Below are positions 59,119 through 64,000 of a stretch of DNA of 64,000 nt, one piece after another. Within the stretch, counting starts at the first letter, position 1. Every line of letters begins with the position of its first letter. Source of the DNA: Candidatus Altimarinota bacterium. Its GTDB lineage: Bacteria; Patescibacteriota; Gracilibacteria; CAIRYL01. A program made the position numbers and the translations under genes. The stretch lies in assembly GCA_965250085.1 (NCBI GenBank), contig OZ252287.1, positions 960,001 to 1,024,000 of the forward strand. Direction: 5' to 3'. The notes under the pieces are model-generated. The model did no database searches. It was not told the origin of the DNA and saw only the letters and a list, made by a program, of their open reading frames with translations.

Positions 59119-59152
59119 AAAACCCCGTAGCTTTAGCTCGTGAGTAGTTCAC
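59119..59152 (+). mobile_element. Solo IS200/IS605-family end-like hairpin remnant
   Basis: AAAACCCCGTAGCTTTAGCTCGTGAGTAGTTCAC resembles the pattern CCCC-x-CTTTAG-x-GGGG-TAGTTCAC; no transposase nearby. Confidence 0.45.
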
Positions 59153-59170
59153 TTTTTTATCCGCACATTT

Positions 59171-59629
59171 ATGAAACTTCAAAATATATCAAAAACACTT
59201 TTCATCACTGGTTTTTCACTCCTTTTTTTCTGCCTTGATCGAATTTCAAAACTTTGGGCACAAATATCTTTGTTTGATGGAGATATTGCTCTCTGGGGTG
59301 ATGAGATACGCCTTCAATTGGAATATAATGCCAATCTCGCTCTCTCCCTTCCAGTGCCGCTGTGGGCACAAGTTGGCATTTCCTTTGTCGTACTGATTGC
59401 CCTGATTGTCTATATTATTCGAGGGAATCATACCGGAACTGAGATAGAAAAATTTGCTTTTGCCATGATCTTTGGTGGTGCACTCGGGAACCTCTACGAT
59501 CGTGTTACTTTTCACCAAGTAGTAGATTTTATCGCAGTGTGGAAGTTTCCTGTCTTTAATGTGGCAGATACGCTTATATTCTGTGGAGTGTTTATTCTTT
59601 TGGGAAGAGAAATCCTCAAGAGCAAATAA
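59171..59629 (+). CDS. lspA: Lipoprotein signal peptidase II
   Basis: D..SK, GGALGNLYDR, VVDFI, FNVAD. Confidence 0.93.
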   Translation: MKLQNISKTLFITGFSLLFFCLDRISKLWAQISLFDGDIALWGDEIRLQLEYNANLALSLPVPLWAQVGISFVVLIALIVYIIRGNHTGTEIEKFAFAMIFGGALGNLYDRVTFHQVVDFIAVWKFPVFNVADTLIFCGVFILLGREILKSK

Positions 59630-59636
59630 GATCATG

Positions 59637-60092
59637 TTAGAAAGACCAAACATTTCGATCATCAGGGTTTTGTATAAGTCCTAATTCTTCTAATTTTTTT
59701 ACAAATATTAAAAATTCGTTTTGCTGAGCAATAGAAAACGCAGAATCATCAAAAAATAATCCTGAATTAAAATACCGGTAGAGAGCCATTTTCATAACGT
59801 CCGGATTATTTATGTTTGAAATTCTACGCTCTGCTCGAAAGGCTGCTAGTGCTTCACAGACTGTGAGATGAATAATTTTGGGAGCATTGCTAGCGAGAGC
59901 GCTGATAATTTCGACGCAGTCAGGAGTTTCTAAAATTTCAAGAATATCCAGGTGTTGGAGATGTTGTTTTACACGAGGATCTATAAAGACATGCTTTTTG
60001 GGCGGAACACTGAGCCCTTTCAATGGATAATCGGAATCAAACGGAAATGACAACTCTCCATAATCATAATAAGGTTCTCCAGTTCCTTGCAT
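59637..60092 (-). CDS. Orphan hypothetical protein (151 aa)
   Basis: ORF with upstream TTGACA at 60146-60141 (minus strand). Confidence 0.6.
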   Translation of the reverse strand: MQGTGEPYYDYGELSFPFDSDYPLKGLSVPPKKHVFIDPRVKQHLQHLDILEILETPDCVEIISALASNAPKIIHLTVCEALAAFRAERRISNINNPDVMKMALYRYFNSGLFFDDSAFSIAQQNEFLIFVKKLEELGLIQNPDDRNVWSF

Positions 60093-60200
60093 ATGTAAGG
60101 ACTAAAACATAGAGAAATAAAATATTACTTTCTACTTATTTGTCAACATCTTCCCCTCTATTTTCTTTTCTGCCATACTGACAGCATCAGCTTTTGTTTT

Positions 60201-60848
60201 ATGAACTCTCCTCTCACCACTTTTCTTACTCGGCTTTTTGCAGGAATTTCCGGAGGATTACTGGGAATGGTTGCTGCGCTTTTAGTATTTCTCCTTTCTT
60301 CATTTGCAAATCCTACAGAAGCAGGGCTTGCAGAGTCATACTCTCTTGTTTCAATTCTTGCTATGGTGTTTGTAGGAACAGTGGTGGCGAATTTGGTAGT
60401 AGGCTTTATATTGGGAAAGTTTGAAAGTCACAAATATCATCAGATGCGGGGAATGATGTTTCAGATCTTTTTCTTTACCCTCAGCCTCTTTCTCTTCATG
60501 ATTCCATTCTATCTCTTTACAACAGAATCACTTCTGACGACGGCTGGAATTCATTTTCTGGCAGGATCGCTTCTCTGTGCTTTGGTATGTGAGATTATGA
60601 GTTCTCGTACTTCAGCTCTCACTGGACTAATGGGAGCTCTGTTAGCGGGGTGCTTTCTTTATGGATTACTCAGTCTCTTATTTTCTGCTGAAGCAACACG
60701 TTCAGTACTTCTCATATTTTTTCTGCCAATGGCTTGGATATGTATTATGACAGGAATATTTCTTGCAGAGGTCTTGCACAGCGGAGTGAAGAATCTGTAT
60801 GGTATAGACCTCTTTGAAGCTGAGCCTTCAGACAACAACCCTCATTAG
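60201..60848 (+). CDS. Hypothetical multi-pass membrane protein
   Basis: About 6 hydrophobic segments; directly upstream of murA. Confidence 0.75.
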   Translation: MNSPLTTFLTRLFAGISGGLLGMVAALLVFLLSSFANPTEAGLAESYSLVSILAMVFVGTVVANLVVGFILGKFESHKYHQMRGMMFQIFFFTLSLFLFMIPFYLFTTESLLTTAGIHFLAGSLLCALVCEIMSSRTSALTGLMGALLAGCFLYGLLSLLFSAEATRSVLLIFFLPMAWICIMTGIFLAEVLHSGVKNLYGIDLFEAEPSDNNPH

Positions 60849-60852
60849 GAAT

Positions 60853-62130
60853 ATGAATGAAAAGTTTTTTATTGAAGGCGGTGCCACATTATCAGGCACG
60901 GTAGAGATTTCCGGCTCTAAGAATGCTGCTTTGCCGATCCTTGCAGCAACACTCTTAGTAGCTGGATCTTCTACGGTGACCAACGTTCCCAACATTGATG
61001 ATATTGCCGCCTTTTTAGAAATTTTAGAGAGCTTGGGAACCCAAATATCTGAAAAAAACGGAACGCGAACCCTAAACACTCAAAACATTGCACCTCATAC
61101 AAAGGCTCTCAATCATCCACATATTCGTTATATGCGGGCGAGCATTCTTCTGCTTGCTCCTCTTTTGGTTCGATTTGGAGAAGTAAAAATTCCTTTTCCA
61201 GGAGGATGCGTACTGGGAAAGCGTTCTGCAGAGAGTCATTTAAAAGCCCTTGTAGGCTTTGGTGCAGAAGTACAAGAATCTTCAGATTCCATTCACCTCA
61301 CCTCTACAAGAGGCCTGACCGCAGGATCAGTGGTACTCCCTGAGCGATCGGTAACAGCGACTGAAAATGCGGTAATGATCGCCTCCACACTACAAGGAGA
61401 AAGTGAGATTCGCATGGCAGCAGCAGAGCCACATGTACAAAATCTTTGCCATTTTCTGGTTTCTGCAGGTGCAAAGATTGAGGGAATTGGAACTCATACA
61501 CTTCAAATCCAAGGAAATCCAGATCTTCAAAACGGAAATATCGCTATTACCCCCGACTATCTGGAGGCGGGAACATTTATTCTTGCTGGAGCGCTGACTG
61601 ACAGCACAATCACAGTACAAAATGTAGAAGAACATCATCTGGATTCCTTTTTCCAAAAACTTTCTGAAGTCGGGATCTCATGCTCATTCGATCACATACA
61701 AAAATCAGTAACAGTTTCTTCCCACTCAGGAGACCTCACTCCAACGAATATTCAAACCGGTGTCTTTCCCGCATTCCCAACGGATCTCCATCCACAATTT
61801 GCAGTACTGCTCTCACAATGCAAGGGGACATCAAAAATATTTGAAACACTTTTTGAACGGAAATTTGGATATCTGCTTGAACTTGAAAAAATGGGAGCAG
61901 ACATAGAAATTATGAACCCTCATCAATTTCTTATTCATGGAAGTAAAAAACTTGTGGGAACTCCTGTTGCCAGCCAGGATATTCGTGCTGGTGCAGCGAT
62001 GCTTTTGGCAGCACTCATTGCAGAAGGAACGACAGAGATTTCCAACATACACTATATCCATCGCGGATATCAGCACATAGAAGATAAACTCCGTGCACTC
62101 GGAGCAAAAATAAAGAGAGTGGAAGGATAA
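60853..62130 (+). CDS. murA: UDP-N-acetylglucosamine 1-carboxyvinyltransferase
   Basis: SGSKNAALPILAA, MRAS, PGGC.LG.R (catalytic Cys), SVTATEN, FPTD, D.RAGA, RGY; start at MNEKF. Confidence 0.97.
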   Translation: MNEKFFIEGGATLSGTVEISGSKNAALPILAATLLVAGSSTVTNVPNIDDIAAFLEILESLGTQISEKNGTRTLNTQNIAPHTKALNHPHIRYMRASILLLAPLLVRFGEVKIPFPGGCVLGKRSAESHLKALVGFGAEVQESSDSIHLTSTRGLTAGSVVLPERSVTATENAVMIASTLQGESEIRMAAAEPHVQNLCHFLVSAGAKIEGIGTHTLQIQGNPDLQNGNIAITPDYLEAGTFILAGALTDSTITVQNVEEHHLDSFFQKLSEVGISCSFDHIQKSVTVSSHSGDLTPTNIQTGVFPAFPTDLHPQFAVLLSQCKGTSKIFETLFERKFGYLLELEKMGADIEIMNPHQFLIHGSKKLVGTPVASQDIRAGAAMLLAALIAEGTTEISNIHYIHRGYQHIEDKLRALGAKIKRVEG

Positions 62131-62208
62131 TGAAAATTAAAAACTCCCTCTTTATGAAAAGAAAAGGGGAGAAAAATCTAAAAACACTTTGAAATCCCAA
62201 ATTGAGAA

Positions 62209-62877
62209 TTACGATTTGCTCTTCTCTTTTTCTTCTTGGTGTAGTTCAGCAGAAACCTTCATTCCTTCACGAGAAATATTTTTCCAATCATAAGGGAAGC
62301 GATAGTTCTCTATAGCTCGTACAAGTGAGGCAAATACTTGCCATCCATTGTAGGAAGGAAACAGGAAAGAATTGCCTTTTTCTTGGTTTGGATTATAGTC
62401 CTCGAGGAGGATGGAGGAATCTTCTTTTGCCAAAGGAACCACTCCATAGGACAACATATTTTTTAACGCTTGCTCTCCATTTGTATCATCAGTAAGCAGA
62501 AGCATGGCATCGCTGGCGGAATAGAGTTTTCTCATATTTTCTTGTGTGTTTTCCAAAATTACAATTGAATCATTTTCTTTCGCAAATTCTGTCAGAATCA
62601 TTTGATATTTTTCCGTTCCAATACCAAGAAGTGCTAATTGAATACCAAGAGCTTCAATGCCAGGAAGAATCTTTGCAAGAAGGTCAGCACCACTTTTTTC
62701 TGTCAATGGCATCCCAAAACCCAGCAAAAATATTTTTGATTCTTGCAAAAGTCCAAATTCACTTTGAAACTCTTCTTTGTTTGTCGCTTTTTTTTCAAAA
62801 GTATGTACGGCAAACTTTGCATAGATTTTGTTGTCATACGCCGCCGAAGGCAATTTTATGACTTGAGAGGAATTCAT
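62209..62877 (-). CDS. Stand-alone glycogen-synthase C-terminal-like domain (probably non-catalytic)
   Basis: NKEEFQSEFGL, LTEKSGADLL, LYSASD, YGVVP, DYNP..EKGNSFLF, W.NI..EGM; lacks N-domain and PS.FEPCG. Confidence 0.65.
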   Translation of the reverse strand: MNSSQVIKLPSAAYDNKIYAKFAVHTFEKKATNKEEFQSEFGLLQESKIFLLGFGMPLTEKSGADLLAKILPGIEALGIQLALLGIGTEKYQMILTEFAKENDSIVILENTQENMRKLYSASDAMLLLTDDTNGEQALKNMLSYGVVPLAKEDSSILLEDYNPNQEKGNSFLFPSYNGWQVFASLVRAIENYRFPYDWKNISREGMKVSAELHQEEKEKSKS

Positions 62878-63008
62878 ATTTCTTTTTGTGTGATTTTTGA
62901 AAAAAATGTATCTGAACATAATAGCAGAAAACTTCTTTTTGCTGAAGTAAATACCCTTGCCAAACCATGCAGATTTCTGCAAAAAACATATTTCCTATTT
63001 TGTCCAAT

Positions 63009-63602
63009 ATGACCTCTATAAAATCTCAAATTCGAAAAAACATACTCCACAAAAGAAAAGAGCAATCGTTTGAAGACAATAAAACAAAGTCGCATATCAT
63101 ATGTCATTTTCTTTTGCAGAACATCCAAAAATCTCTCCCTCAAGGGGGACGAATACTTCTCTATGCTCCCCGACAATCAGAAGTCGATATTTTTCCTCTT
63201 TTCGAAATGCTAAAACAAGAGAGCACAGTCGAATATCACTGTTTGTTTCCAAAAATAACTGATGAAAGAGCCTGCGCCCTGGAAGCTGTACAGGTTCGAA
63301 ATAGAGATTCATTTACAGACCATGGCAACAGCTTTGGTATTCAGGAGTCAAGCAATACTGACTATGAAGACCCCACATCTCTTGATCTTGTTCTGGTGCC
63401 ATCTATTGCGATTGACACACAAGGCAATCGCATTGGGCATGGGAAAGGATTTTATGATCGATTCTTGAAGAGGATTTTACCAACTTGCTATAAATGGGCA
63501 CCTGTCTTTTTCTTCCAAAGGGTTGAAAAAATTCCAGTCGATTCTTATGATGTTCCTGTCGGTGCTATTATTGATGAAACCGGCTTTTTCTCTCATTTGT
63601 AA
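63009..63602 (+). CDS. 5-formyltetrahydrofolate cyclo-ligase
   Basis: [39 protein letters not shown]. Confidence 0.92.
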   Translation: MTSIKSQIRKNILHKRKEQSFEDNKTKSHIICHFLLQNIQKSLPQGGRILLYAPRQSEVDIFPLFEMLKQESTVEYHCLFPKITDERACALEAVQVRNRDSFTDHGNSFGIQESSNTDYEDPTSLDLVLVPSIAIDTQGNRIGHGKGFYDRFLKRILPTCYKWAPVFFFQRVEKIPVDSYDVPVGAIIDETGFFSHL

Positions 63603-63610
63603 ATTCCCCC

Positions 63611-64000
63611 ATGGATTATTCTGCTATAAAAACTACAGATCCAGCACTGTATGATATTTTGCTTCTAGAAGAACAGAGGCAAAAGGAAGGCCTCGAACTC
63701 ATTCCATCGGAGAACTATACATCACCAGCTGTAATGCAGGCTATGGGAAGCATCCTTACCAATAAATATTCAGAAGGATATCCATACAAAAGGTATTATG
63801 GAGGACAAAAAAACATTGATTCTATGGAAGAACTCGCTATTAAGCGAGCAAAGGAAATTTTTAAGTGTGAACATGTGAATGTTCAGCCATACTCTGGTTC
63901 TCCGGCCAATACAGCTGTATATTTTGCCCTCCTGGAACATGGAGACAAAATCATGGGAATGAAACTCGATCATGGAGGTCATATTACTCATGGCCTTCCT
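63611..64000 (+). CDS. glyA: Serine hydroxymethyltransferase, N-terminal part (runs off window)
   Basis: Hand translation: [43 protein letters not shown]. Confidence 0.96.
   Translation, partial: MDYSAIKTTDPALYDILLLEEQRQKEGLELIPSENYTSPAVMQAMGSILTNKYSEGYPYKRYYGGQKNIDSMEELAIKRAKEIFKCEHVNVQPYSGSPANTAVYFALLEHGDKIMGMKLDHGGHITHGLP

Noticed and set aside
849-63991. Numerous 60-200-aa ORFs overlapping or antisense to recognised genes (e.g. 20453..21049, 24054..24602, 57920..58420, 63770..63991)
   Set aside because: Shadow frames of well-supported genes with no independent motifs
1-64000. Alternative genetic code 25 (UGA=Gly) as in many Gracilibacteria
   Set aside because: Conserved genes are full length under code 11 and several end at TGA (elp3, NYN gene, nadA, nnrD)

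Overview
Chromosomal window from a Patescibacteria (CPR) bacterium, most similar in style to Peregrinibacteria/Gracilibacteria-type genomes. This assignment is an inference from the TrmB-type regulator, the SLH and Ig-like surface proteins, AT-rich SD-poor starts and many orphans. TGA is used as a stop, so the code is standard code 11. It is mostly housekeeping and biosynthetic: elp3 (partial), pgeF, nnrD, V-ATPase D, glnA, cysS, pyrC/pyrB, dxr, nadA, uppP, ruvC, ruvX, folD, tmk, prfA, uvrA, leuS, lspA, murA, 5-FTHF cyclo-ligase and glyA (partial). It also has four tRNAs (Arg-GCG, Glu-TTC, Lys-TTT, Gly-TCC), one intact IS30 element with IRs and a 3-bp TSD, and several large surface proteins. 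No CRISPR array, rRNA or prophage was seen. The most notable unexplained signals are: (1) a ~300-nt highly structured leader with a boxA-like motif before a 1290-aa acidic S-layer gene; (2) dispersed orphan genes with their own sigma70 promoters and a shared basic amphipathic C-terminal tail; (3) a GTAG-type REP palindrome read in frame inside LeuRS; (4) an aminotransferase plus MurL-like pair with a duplicated structured element next to tRNA-Gly; (5) a thioester-less alpha-2-macroglobulin-like protein with a coiled-coil insert; (6) two paralogous small proteins, one coupled to a 1293-aa Gly-rich membrane protein; (7) a solo IS200/IS605-type end. All calls come from reading the sequence by eye; no searches were run.
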